DNA of 64,000 bases from Camelus dromedarius. Lineage: Eukaryota. Position numbers and translations under genes: made by a program. The DNA lies in contig NC_087437.1 in the NCBI RefSeq assembly GCF_036321535.1, positions 39,806,001 to 39,870,000 of the forward strand, read 5' to 3'. This document shows positions 38,173 to 49,303 of the stretch, in pieces (position 1 is the first letter of the stretch; each line of letters starts with the position of its first letter). Under the pieces are notes generated by a model. It was not told the DNA's origin, did not search any database, and worked only from the letters and a program-made list of their open reading frames with translations.

Positions 38173-40444
38173 CTGGATTTCCCCCGTTCATATTTATTCT
38201 CTTTGGCCTAAGAGGCTTCTTTTCCTCATTCAATTCACCATTTTTAAAAATGAAGGAGTATCAAAAAGAGAAGCCATACTAGTTAATCACAACTATTTGT
38301 CCAATCAAACAGCAGAGGAATCAGCTACAGTAGAGGGCAAATACGACAGGACAACAATTAAAAAGAGCACATGAGAGTGGGTAAGATGACTTTGTGCAAG
38401 GCCTTTGTTATTCATAATTGGATTTTGTATTAACTAGGGTAAGACTAAAAAAAAATCACTAAAGTCAAGAACTGAACTGTTCCTCCATGGAGAACAAGTT
38501 TGCCAATATCACACCAAAAAAGCCCTTTCTGTGGCATCTAGAGCAGACAGTCCACACTCTCAAAAGCAAGGGTGACCATTAAAATGCTAAAGAAAATCAC
38601 TGAATTGACCATCAACTGAATTCTTGAAGAAGAGAGAGGAAATGGGTGATCTTTAGCCGGAGTCATGAACTATTTATAAAGTTATCTTGAACACCAAGCA
38701 ATACAACTCAGTTTTGACAGAATGAAAAGAATTATTTTACACTTCTCAAGGTAAGCATTTGCCCAGGTATATACTGAAGACATTTCAGTCCAAGGACAAA
38801 AAAATTAATTATGTTTAAATTTCCTCTAAATGCAGAACTATCCCTAGGTTCATCCCTGAATCTACAGGTATCCTGTTTAAAGAGGCACAGAACGGCATTT
38901 ACTAACCCTGTAATTGCAAAATGATTTCATTATTAAGTCTTGGTTTATTCCAAGCCTTCTGGATAATCTTGAGCAGGACTGCACTTGCTGTTTAACTCTA
39001 GAGATTTTGCAATAAAAGTTTAATGAGTTACTTATTAGTAGAATGTTTATAGCCATTATTTTAAGGTGAACAATAATGACGTAAAGTTTGTACGCATTTG
39101 GTTTAAAACGTATTCAACTCACATATCAGTTAATGCTACAGTGATTTTTTAAAAATTTCTTATCAATAGACACGTCTTGAGGCAATGTAGCTAAACTGCA
39201 ACTTCACCGGAGTTGTGGCTAAGAATAAAACTAAGGAAGGATTTCTCACTTGTAATTAGGTCAAATCCAGATCTTAACTTTTAGCATTTCAGAATTTGAA
39301 CAAGGATTATTTTTATTATGACATTTTGAGCAGATTTCATAAGGGGAAGCATATGAAGCAAAGGGACAAAAAGTTGAAATTAAGTCCTGAAGGCACTGCA
39401 TATTTATTTCTATTTTAAAAGCTAACCAGATATTCTATTAATGATCATAAATATTAAAAGAACATACCAAAATAAATCTAGTTTGTCTGATTTCTGTCTA
39501 ACTGAAATACTGTGAAACCAAAGGCCAATCACAACTCCAAAAAACACTTTCTTGCCCATATAGAAATTGCCTACAAATTTTTCAGATATAGATCAGATAT
39601 TCCAGAAATTACGACACTGTGATTTAACCACAAAAGTTTTCAAGTTATAAAAATAAATGGGAAATATATATACTGAATTTATATAAAAATTATAAACTCA
39701 AAGAATAACATAATTACCTGTCCTTGTTGAAATAAAATTTGTTTAGATTTTGTAATCAGACCATAACTACTCACTCTTATATACTTCCAGATGGGGTTCT
39801 GTGAAAAGAACGGCTGAAACTAGCGACTGATTTTCATATTGTTTTTGTTGCCATCTTTATGTGTGAATTACTCATTAAATCAATTTGACTATAAAGAATC
39901 ATCACAGGATTCAGCACAGTACACACATTCTGGAAACATGTAGAATCAAAGCAGGATTATCACAAGAGGGGCAAAATATATCAGAGGAACACAGAGCAAA
40001 ATAAACATGTAGAATGAAAGTAAAACCAAATTAACTCAAAGCCACAAAAGGGAGAAAACAAATATTTCCTCCAATCTTCCAAGCCCCACCTCCCAAAAAA
40101 AGAAAACATAAAATACAATAAATGTCATAGGATGACTTTTGTTTGCTTGTGCCACATACTGTACAGACAGTCGTATTAATTAAAAAACTGTATTTGTTTC
40201 CTTTGTATGTTTTCAACTTGATACTACTCTTTGACTCATCAGTTGAGTTCCTTTCTCTCCTGCCACACTTTTAAGCAATACTTTGTTTCTACCAAGCCGT
40301 GAAATTGTGAGAGAGATTCACCCTTAAAAATCTATCTGAAGACATTTTGCAACAAATGGATTTGCTTATCTCATGGACATTTTAAAAAGTAATCTCTTCA
40401 TTACACATCATAATATATAAAAATATATTAAAATATATTCTTAC

Positions 40445-40782
40445 CTCCCATCCATAACTGGGGTCTTTCAGGTTTGACCTCTGCTCTCCCACATAAGGCC
40501 CAAACTTTTCACCTGCTTCAATTTTCCTTTTGGTCCATATTCCTAGTCCTGCTCCAGGCATATTTGACTCTCGAAGCTCAAACTCCGCGGGAATGGGGAT
40601 ATCATCAGGGATGTAGATGGGGGCTTTGTAAGGAGAGCCCTCCTTTGGAGTGAATGCTTCGCTGGACGTGGCTGGAGAGCATGGCTCTTGAATACTGAGG
40701 GAAAGAGTGCTGGCTACTCCATCTGCATCTGGCATTTCTTCCAAAGGAACTTCAGGGTAGCTGCCATATACACACTCATTAC
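40445..40782 (-). CDS. MECOM: MECOM (MDS1-EVI1/PRDM3) coding exon 2; N-terminal half of the PR/SET domain (internal exon, phase 1 in, phase 0 out)
   Basis: Minus-strand translation (x)[112 protein letters not shown] matches the MDS1/PRDM3 N-terminus as I recall it and differs from paralogue PRDM16. Acceptor ttctttattcacag| precedes 40782 and donor GAG|gtaaga follows 40445. Length is 338 nt (2 nt + 112 codons). Confidence 0.97.
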
Positions 40783-41934
40783 CTGTGAATAAAGAATAAC
40801 TTCATAAATTCCTGCTAATCTGGAAGAGACAGAATTCCTATCTCAATATTCACCTCATAATGTTGTTGTTCTTTAAAGACAAAATAGGGAAGACCATTGT
40901 TAAAATAGGCCTGCATTAAAATCTCTCTTATTCACAGATGAAGGAGTGGGGAGGGATTATTGCCTCTTTGATTTATCTGTGGTGAATCCATAAATCAAAT
41001 GAGCTCTCTTTAACTGTCAGTACTCTCACAGGTCAGCTCAGTCTATTATCCAGCTGGGAAACAATCAGTAACTTAATTATTATTATGAATAAAGTAGAGA
41101 TAAGAAGTAAACATACGTGTGCCTACAACCCTGCAAACCATGCCAAACAGGGAATTGATAGCATTATACAATGTCTTGCAAAGTTATATCATACAAAGGT
41201 CTCTTGGACTACATTGTAGGAGAGTCAGAGAGTCATCAAAGATTCCAAAGGCTGCCATGCGCAACAAGGCTTAAATTCATATGGTAGGGTTATATCGGAA
41301 TATTAATTTATGTTTGTTCTTTCTCTGTTTTCCCTTTCCCATTTCAAACACATCACCAAGCCCCTGGTATTTCCTCGCCTCAGTAACTTATGCAGAACAG
41401 AGAGTTAAATTTACATGATGCTAGTGATTCCTCTGGGCATTTGTAAAAGCTAAAGTCATTGAAGAAATCAAGTAAATTTTTTCCAGAGGAGAAAAAGAGA
41501 AGATGTTGTCTTGGGGTGCACCAAAAAGTATGTTTCTTCCGGATTGAAAAATTTTAGTGATCAGAGGGCCTCTGCATGGAGCAGTGCCCTGAGGGAGGTG
41601 GCAAGACCTTTAAGGGAAGGGCAGGGTAGAATAACTAGAAGTCCGGACGCTGGCATTCTAAGGGCTCCCCAGAGCAGCACAGCTCCCACACCTGAAGTAA
41701 ATGACCACACTATATCAGCCTTAAGATCTTTATAAAATTTGGGGGTGGGAAGATGCATAACAAAAAATAACTGAGCTTGAATTTCCCACCAGTTGAAGGG
41801 GATTTTAATTATCTTAAAGCAAATAAATATATGTTTTCATTGGGATCACAGACTGAGAGTCATACCTAATTTGTTCAGTTTACAGACCTTCAAGTGGGGG
41901 AACTAAGAAAAATGGGTTAAAATTTCAAGAAGAC

Positions 41935-42100
41935 AAATTTCAATCAGAACCATCCAAATGTAGATGAGTTACTTTAAGTTCCCCAGCATAGGGGCTCTTA
42001 TATAGCCTAGATAGCCATGAATTAAGAGGAATCATAGCTTCAAGTTGATAACCAGACTAGATGACCTTTAAGATCCCACCAACCTTGCAGTTCTATGGAT
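41935..42100 (+). mobile_element. L3/CR1 LINE 3' end
   Basis: agttccccagcataggggc...cctagatagcca...gactagatgacctttaagatcccaccaaccttgcagttctatgga matches the CR1/L3 tail. Confidence 0.65.
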
Positions 42101-42379
42101 TATTAAAATCTTCCAAGATTGTTTATTGGGCTAGAAGGTAAAAAACCCGAGTTCTACCCCCAGTTCCTTCTCTGATTCATTATGGAAATTAATTAACTAC
42201 TGCACCTACTAACAAACGTCCATCAAGTATGATTCTTCTCAAAATTTTGTGAAATGCAAAGTGATTCTACACGCAAAAGTATCTTTCTAATGAAGAGCTT
42301 GGTTCTTGATTCAAACAATGAAATAATGCCATTTAAACCAAGCATAGAACCAAACTCCAGGACTCAGCCTTATTCCTAT

Positions 42380-43270
42380 GAGACATCTGATCTCAACATA
42401 AAAAGCTCATTATAATTCAAGTTCAGCATATCCAAAATCTTGCACACTATCATCCACCCTCAAATTGAGTCCCTTGCCCACTTCCCCATTTCCATTAAAA
42501 GTATTTTCCCCTAGTTACCCCATGTACAAGGTTCTAAAATAACATTGGCATTTTCTCTCCTTCATCCTCAATATATTCAGTTATTAAATGCTGTCCCTTC
42601 TTCTTGAAAGATTTTTACCTTCATCCCATTCTTTTAGACCATATTTTCCTTTCTGAATTTTCTAACAGTCCTTTAAATGGGTCTCCAGACTTCCACCCTC
42701 TCTCCAGTATCCCTCTACACTGAGCCTGTAAAATGCTGCTGAGTTTATCTTCCTAGCATATCAACTTTCCTGTGCAAGAGCCTCCAACAATTCCCAGCAT
42801 CCACAAGTAAAATCTAAAGTTCTTGGGCTTGGAATAAAAATCGCTCCCATTTGAAAACCATTTTCCCTTTCTCGCTTATTCTCAGCATGCCTCAGTAGGA
42901 GCCCCCAGGTCAGAATAAGCTTATCTCTGTCTTCTGAGCTCAGTGAGCATTTCCTCTGTAGTTCTTCCTGCCCAGTTATCCTCTCTCTGCCCCTTTGCCC
43001 ATCCAACTTCAGGTCATTCTCCATGTCATCTCGTAATTTATCTCTTCGTCATCCCATTTAACATAAGTATCCCCTTTCTTTGAATTTTTACATAATTTCC
43101 TCCCTCACTCTGATAATCAAATAATGCTGCACATTGCTACTTAGAGTTTTCTATGAATGATTCTTTTATTTCAAACTAGGAAATAGTCCTTTGACTCAGA
43201 ATTCACACTTCTCAGAAATTCTCCAAATGATCTGCATAAAGGGGCTTAATAAATATTTGTTAAATACATA
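42380..43270 (+). mobile_element. L2 LINE, ~0.9 kb 3' fragment
   Basis: caagttcagcatatccaaaat, aacagtcctttaaatgggtctcc, taaaatctaaagttctt, ending ggggcttaataaatatttgttaaat. Confidence 0.78.
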
Positions 43271-45014
43271 ATTCACCTAACATATAATTTTACTGAACTA
43301 TTAAATCAAACCAATATTTTTCTACCAAATATAGGAAATTATTTTGATCCTGAAAAGCACCTTTAAACCCATAGAAATGGAACACTACAGGTTACAAACT
43401 TTTCTCCAAACCCAATATCAAAAGAAACAATTTTAATAATGTCCCAAAGAAATACTACTAGAGAAGTATACTTTAGGGTCCAAACACCCTTAATAAAATC
43501 TATCTAATTTTATCCTTCAGGAAGATTTTACACTTCAACCTGAGAGCCAAAAGTTCACTGGCACTCTCGATACAGCTAAAAACATATAAAGACATCTCTC
43601 TAGGATTGTAACATTTAACTACTGCAAATGTAGAGTTACTTTACAGGTTCTTAAAGGGATTTATCACCCATTGTAAAGATTTTGGTTTTTTTGAAAAGTG
43701 CTAAAAATTGGAAGACACTGTATAATCTATAGACTTACCCATTTAAGCAGCAGAGAACAAAAATGCATACAAATGAATAGAACTATTTCCTCCAGTAATT
43801 ATCCATTAAAGGTCAGTAAAATTTCCCCTATTTCCTCAAAGAGTTAAATTAGTCATACTGTCAGTTCCATCAAAGTGATCTCAAATCTTAAAAAAGGATA
43901 GAGACAAACCCATCTGGGCCCTCCCACTGGCATAGCTGACCCCATGACCTTTGAGTTACACACAAGCTTTCCCAATGCATAATTTTTAAGTGAGTGCGTT
44001 TGGATTTCAGTTCCTGTGGAGACAAAATACACATGTGTGCCCAGGCTGCTGCACAGAAGAATTTGAATTTAAAACCCGAATGCAGTTCTGCTTACAATGG
44101 CAAAAAATTCCAATTAAACCTAAAGAACAACTTCTACTGGTCAAGCAAGTCCACCAGAAAGACTCGCAGTCCTATTCATCTACATGCAGCCAGTAAATGT
44201 ATATTCAACCTCAGGCAATTTGTTTTCAAGCCACTTTTAATCTAGTATCACCTGAATTAAACATAAAAAGGGCTGTGGTGACAAAAAATGGAAATATAAA
44301 ACTGCTGAGTTTTACATATCAAGACAGGCAACAACATTTCAATGTAATCTAGCGTTATGAAATTTTCAACAGCAAATGCAGTTTATCACACTGCATTGAA
44401 TATTTGCATAAACCAAAGTAAACTCATGCCCCCATGTACATTATTCAAGAACTATCCAAAAAGCTGCTAAAACATTTCATCTAAATGACAAACTGCCTCA
44501 ATTATCATATCTCCATTAAATCTCTGTTATTGGGGAAAAATTGTCTGATCTTTTTCTTGAGCAATAACTATAGTTAATTAAAGCATTGCTCAGCTATCAT
44601 ACTGACAGATTGGGCACATTTACAATGGGTAAGTATCAGGTAAGAAGTGCTATATACATCAGTGCTCCCATAAAGATAAATAGCCCTTGTAACCCCTTGG
44701 AGTGGAGCTGCCTGCTACTGGAATTTGCTTCATGCATCCTTTAGGTGTGTCAGTAACTGAATGGGGACAGAAAGACAAGCTTATTGTCGGATTTGAGGCA
44801 AATGACGTGGGAAATACTCTTGGAAATCAACTGCTTCAACTCAACTTTTAAGCGTTCTAATATCCCCGGAGATCAAGCAAGAGGCCACACTTGTGCCAGA
44901 CTGTACTTATTTCTATGACTCTTTGAATAACTAATGTAAGGCTTCCACTTGAGGAGAGTTGCATTTTGAAAACATACCAGAATCTACAAAGAGGAAATTG
45001 CAAAATAATACTGA

Positions 45015-45190
45015 TAATAATAACTTCCACAGATGTATCTATACTTTCTCACAATCCAGCGAGAAAACTATGATGAGAAGAATAATTCTCCATTTTGCAA
45101 AGGTGTAACCTGATACTCAGGGATGCTAACCGGTATATCCAAAGTCAGCTGAGACCAGAACCCAGGTGTTCAAATCTGGTCTTCCCTTTA
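45015..45190 (-). mobile_element. MIR SINE fragment
   Basis: attctccattttgcaaaggtgtaacctgatactcaggga...ccaaagtc...agaacccaggt. Confidence 0.6.
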
Positions 45191-45259
45191 ACTCTTGGGC
45201 AACTTGCTTTCTTTTTTTTCTTTAAAGATATGCTTTAGAGTTTGTTGGGTTTTTCCCAA

Positions 45260-46030
45260 ATTGTGGTCCTACTACATGAACAGTTTTGTTTTTTCACCTT
45301 ATACCTTATTATGAACACTTCCTGATGTTTTTAAAAATACTAAACTATATTTACTTACTGCAGAGTACTCTGTAATATAAATCCACAATAAAGTGAACTA
45401 TTTCTATAGTATTTATTTATGTTGCTTCTAATTTTCTGATACCATAAATACCACTGAAATGAACATTCTTTCATATAAATATTTATGTTCATCCACTTTA
45501 ATTTCCTTAGCTTAGATGCCTGTAAGAGTATTACGTGAGTATTGACAGATTAGTTCTCAGGGGTATATACCATCTTATACCCCTAGCAACATACTGATAT
45601 TTATTATTGTGTCTTGTTTTTAAAATTTATTAATACAATGGAATATATACAATATATATCTATTGTTGTTTTAATTCACACTCAGTGATTCCTAAGACTA
45701 AATATTTTTCTTTGTCATTCCTATTTCTTCTTTTACAAATTATTCATTATTTTTGTCCAGTTTTAACTGGGCTTTTACTGGTCTGTCTTATTAATGATAA
45801 AGAAATGGGCCCTTTGATATAGTTTTTGCTACTTTCCCCGGTAGATCATTTATCATTTGTTTTTTTAATGGGGTTTTTGTTGTATAAAATTTTTAACTTG
45901 TATGAAATGAAATCTATTTTTCCTTTGTGATTTTTACATTTTTCTTATAAAGTCCTTACCCATCCTAAGGAAAAAAAAAAAAAAAAGATTGTCTTGTATT
46001 TTCTTTGAGTTTCATAGTTGCTTTTCTACC
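45260..46030 (-). mobile_element. Ancient L1 (L1ME-type) fragment, sense to MECOM
   Basis: ttatgttgcttctaattttctg...aatgaacattcttt...atttccttagcttagatgcct...ttgttgttttaattcac...atttcttcttttacaaatt. Confidence 0.7.
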
Positions 46031-46899
46031 AGTCATGGATTACCAATGATTTACTGCTGAGTGAAAAGCAGAGAAAAATGATTGCATTTATTTGAGCTCC
46101 TGTGAAAGGCAGGCTAGGAAAAAAAAACCAAAACGCCATTTCACTCATAATTCTTTGGTTCTTATTTGCAAGACTGGCCTAAAACACCTTCTCTTTTTGT
46201 GAGTTTTATATAACTCACCATTTGTTTCACTTGGCCTCTCTGCCTAGTTTAACTGCAAATCTTCCAGGCAGATGCCATTCAAAATCCTAAGTTTCACCAT
46301 TAATAGCATTCAGTACCCGTCATAATACTTATCACTCAGCATAATCATTGGTGATATTAACATAAATAATTTTCCTCTCTACTCTTCACATGAGTTCATT
46401 GATAGAAAATGTTTAGCAGCTAAATAGATTTTAATATTAACATTAAAAGCATATATACATAGTTTGACTATAAAGTAAGACATTAAACAAGAAATCATAG
46501 ACATTTCCATAGACATTAAATAAGAAATCAGTTCCACAGATTCAGCTGTACACATATATGCATACAATAGCCACACCAGTGTGCATCTGTAGTGTGTATG
46601 CACACACGCGTGTGTAATAGCTCACTAATCTTAAAAATAGGCTGAGACAGAAACATGGTTTGAAATCTCAGGCAGACTGGTTGAGATCATAACTACATGA
46701 AACAACTGCCAGGAGGAGCCCAGCGAGGGAATTGAACAGATTAGGTAACTCAGAAATTTAGACATTTCCCCCCATTATGTTCCTCATTGCAGTTTTGTAA
46801 TAAAAACATGAGCAAACTTCAAAGGAAGCTCTGTAGTAAAGGTTAATTGCTACTAAAGAAGAGGGTGGGCCCAAACACCAGTACTCTGTGCCCAACTTG

Positions 46900-47250
46900 T
46901 GAGCAGACAGGAAGGATTACACGTGGCTAAGAGCTGCGGATGCGTGCCCAGGTCCGCGAGGAGAGGCGGCGCTGCCAAACCTCAGAGCCCCACCAGGGAC
47001 CTCCTGGTAGGACGTGAGCACATGAACACGAGGCCATGAGTCGGTGCCTGCTACAGCGGGGCGGGGGAGGGAGGGGGAAGACATCAATTTCCTTCCAAAA
47101 TTCCAAACGGACGTGCTCTTCTTCCCTTGTTAGGACAATTCCAGAGCGGTTACTGCAGCCTGTTTGGTGAGAAAGCAGAAGACCTCAGGAGCCAGCTCTT
47201 CTGCAACCAGCAACACAATGTATAAACGCGCGCCGGGCTTGGGGAAAGGG
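46900..47250. promoter_or_regulatory. Small CpG-rich intronic element (candidate enhancer or weak promoter)
   Basis: About 19 CpGs in ~320 bp by manual count. CAGGAAG 46908, CACGTG 46920, GC box 47058, TATAAA 47221. Confidence 0.45.
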
Positions 47251-49289
47251 TGGAGCCCAAGTAATGCCAGATGCACAAACAGAACAAAGAAGGAGGCTAT
47301 GAACTGGCCAGCAGAATATTCTGTGAGAATGGCCCCAAGATCATGAAATTTAAGATCCCAATGAAAGGAAGAAGGGAAACTAGTAAAAGTAAGGAAAATG
47401 AATTTCCAGAAAACTGACATGAGCTAGCTTTGAAGGACCGTCGTCAGGGTCCAGAGGTACAGGCTGAGAAAATAGAGACATCTGATAGGATGGAGGCTGC
47501 TGATGGACGTGGTCTTCAGAATGTGCTGCCTCCGGAGTGGGGTGAGAAGAAAATAGACCTCCACAGAATCTGTTGACACCAGAGTGCATTTATAAATCCA
47601 CGTCTCTGGAGACCATTGTTTTTGTGAAGTAATGTATCAACATGGCTTGGCACATGGAATTTTTTTAAATGAACTTCTAAGCTTCCTCGCACCTCTAGTA
47701 TTTGCTGCTTCCTTGTACCAGCATATTCCACTTCTTCCTTATGGCACTCCCCCCACCCCCAGTGTTTCCTAAAAGTACTTTATTTATGGGCTGTCAAAAA
47801 GACCCCAAAAGAATGGAAGTGTTGAGAGACAAGTGAGGAAGATGGCAAAAAGTACCATATGAGTTGAAAGTCAAGGACCAAATCAATGGGCAAGCATTTC
47901 TCTTTCTCACAGGACTGCGGCATACCTCTTGCTGGTTCTGGGGATTTTTAATCTGGTTAAGAGTTTCTCCACTCTCCTTAGAATTTCACAGACATTTCAG
48001 TGAACAAGTATGGTTTGTGAATTAAACTAGGAGCTTCTGAGCCCTTATGAACTGGGTTTGGCCGCTTCCAAAAGTTCCTTGTCAGAAATGGAACTAAGCT
48101 TTTTAAGAAGGATTATGGAAAGAAATTATTAGAAAACTCATAGTAGAGGTACCAGTGAAGCCCTTTGGTGTCTATTTACAGAACCTAAAACAGCTAAAAT
48201 AAAGACATTAAAGCTCTGTGAATACTACTCCAAGGAAAAACACGACCTGGTTAATGTTTGGCTTATTCTGTTGTTAAGGGAGACGTGATCACCAATACCC
48301 ACTGGAATGACCAGGTAAGAACAGACTTATCACATATCAGATAGTGTTTCTTTTCCATTATAACTATGTGCCTTGACTCTCTTCTAGCAAGACAAATTTT
48401 TAAGAGACTTTCGGCAACCTTTGACCTGATGGCTTTTCTCATAAGCTTTTTATATCCCCAAAGTGATTTTCCTTCAGATTCGTTTAGAGTAAAGCAGAAA
48501 TGCCTTGAAATTATGTCGGAGCAGACTGGGTGGTTACTCCTCAGGCAGTCTGAAATGACCAGAGTACAGCCTTTCAGTATTCAAGCCATATCTACAGTAA
48601 TTATTTGCCAGCGTATCTAAAAGAAGGCAGGCATTTCCTGTTGCACACAAATGGGACACTCTTATCTAAATTACTGTTTAAACAGGTATTTAAGAAAAGA
48701 CTATCACAGGCAGGAATTTACTGATGACGGAACACATTAGTTTAGGGCTGGACACATTAGCTGAGGACTAACCATTGTCAGGAAAGGAAGCATATCAGCA
48801 TCAGGAAGGTATAGGGAATATTTTATAACTCCCATATGGATCAAGTAGGGGGATTGTAAACTACACCATTGGCACTCAGGAAAAGCAGGAGTGGCACCAG
48901 CCCTGACATGGAAGTCTGAACTCAGCAACATGTCTCCGATACCCAGAGTGACCTTTGGGAGTCAGAGCCTGAGAGTTGCAGTTTGAAGGGGTCTCTGTTT
49001 CAATATCCCTAAAATAAGCACATTGGACAAGTTAAGCCTCAGGTCCATTCCACCCAAGCAATCTCAGTTCTACATAATGAGAACCAAAGGATGGTCCAAG
49101 TTTGGCGTACCCGAAGCTTATAAAATGTATTTCCTGGAAAGACACTGTGAGAATTGGTTTGGTCTCTCCCAACATGTAACCTAGGAGAGACTGTACTCTG
49201 GCTGCCTAACTTGGTTCTAACCAGTGAAACTGGAATTTATTCCCAGTAGAGGCTTATAAAACTGGGCTGTTATTCTCACATTAAGTAGA

Positions 49290-49303
49290 CTGCCCTCTGG
49301 TGA
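49290..49303 (-). promoter_or_regulatory. Candidate CTCF site
   Basis: Minus strand TCACCAGAGGGCAG vs CCASYAGRKGGCRS, 13/14. Confidence 0.55.

Larger units (their letters stand above)
1..40444 (-). other. MECOM: MECOM intron 2, 5' part (continues beyond the window)
   Basis: Starts with the GTAAGA donor at 40444. The next expected peptide (ILDEFYNVKFCIDASQ...) was not seen in the window. Confidence 0.88.

Noticed and set aside
40382..40744. 120-aa ORF as a stand-alone gene
   Set aside because: It starts at a TTG inside the exon and runs through the GTAAGA donor into intron (VRIYFN...). The true exon is 40445-40782.
40445..40782. PRDM16 or a processed pseudogene instead of MECOM
   Set aside because: The NECVYG...EEMPDADG and [14 protein letters not shown] segments are MECOM-specific. 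The frame is intact and flanked by canonical splice sites.
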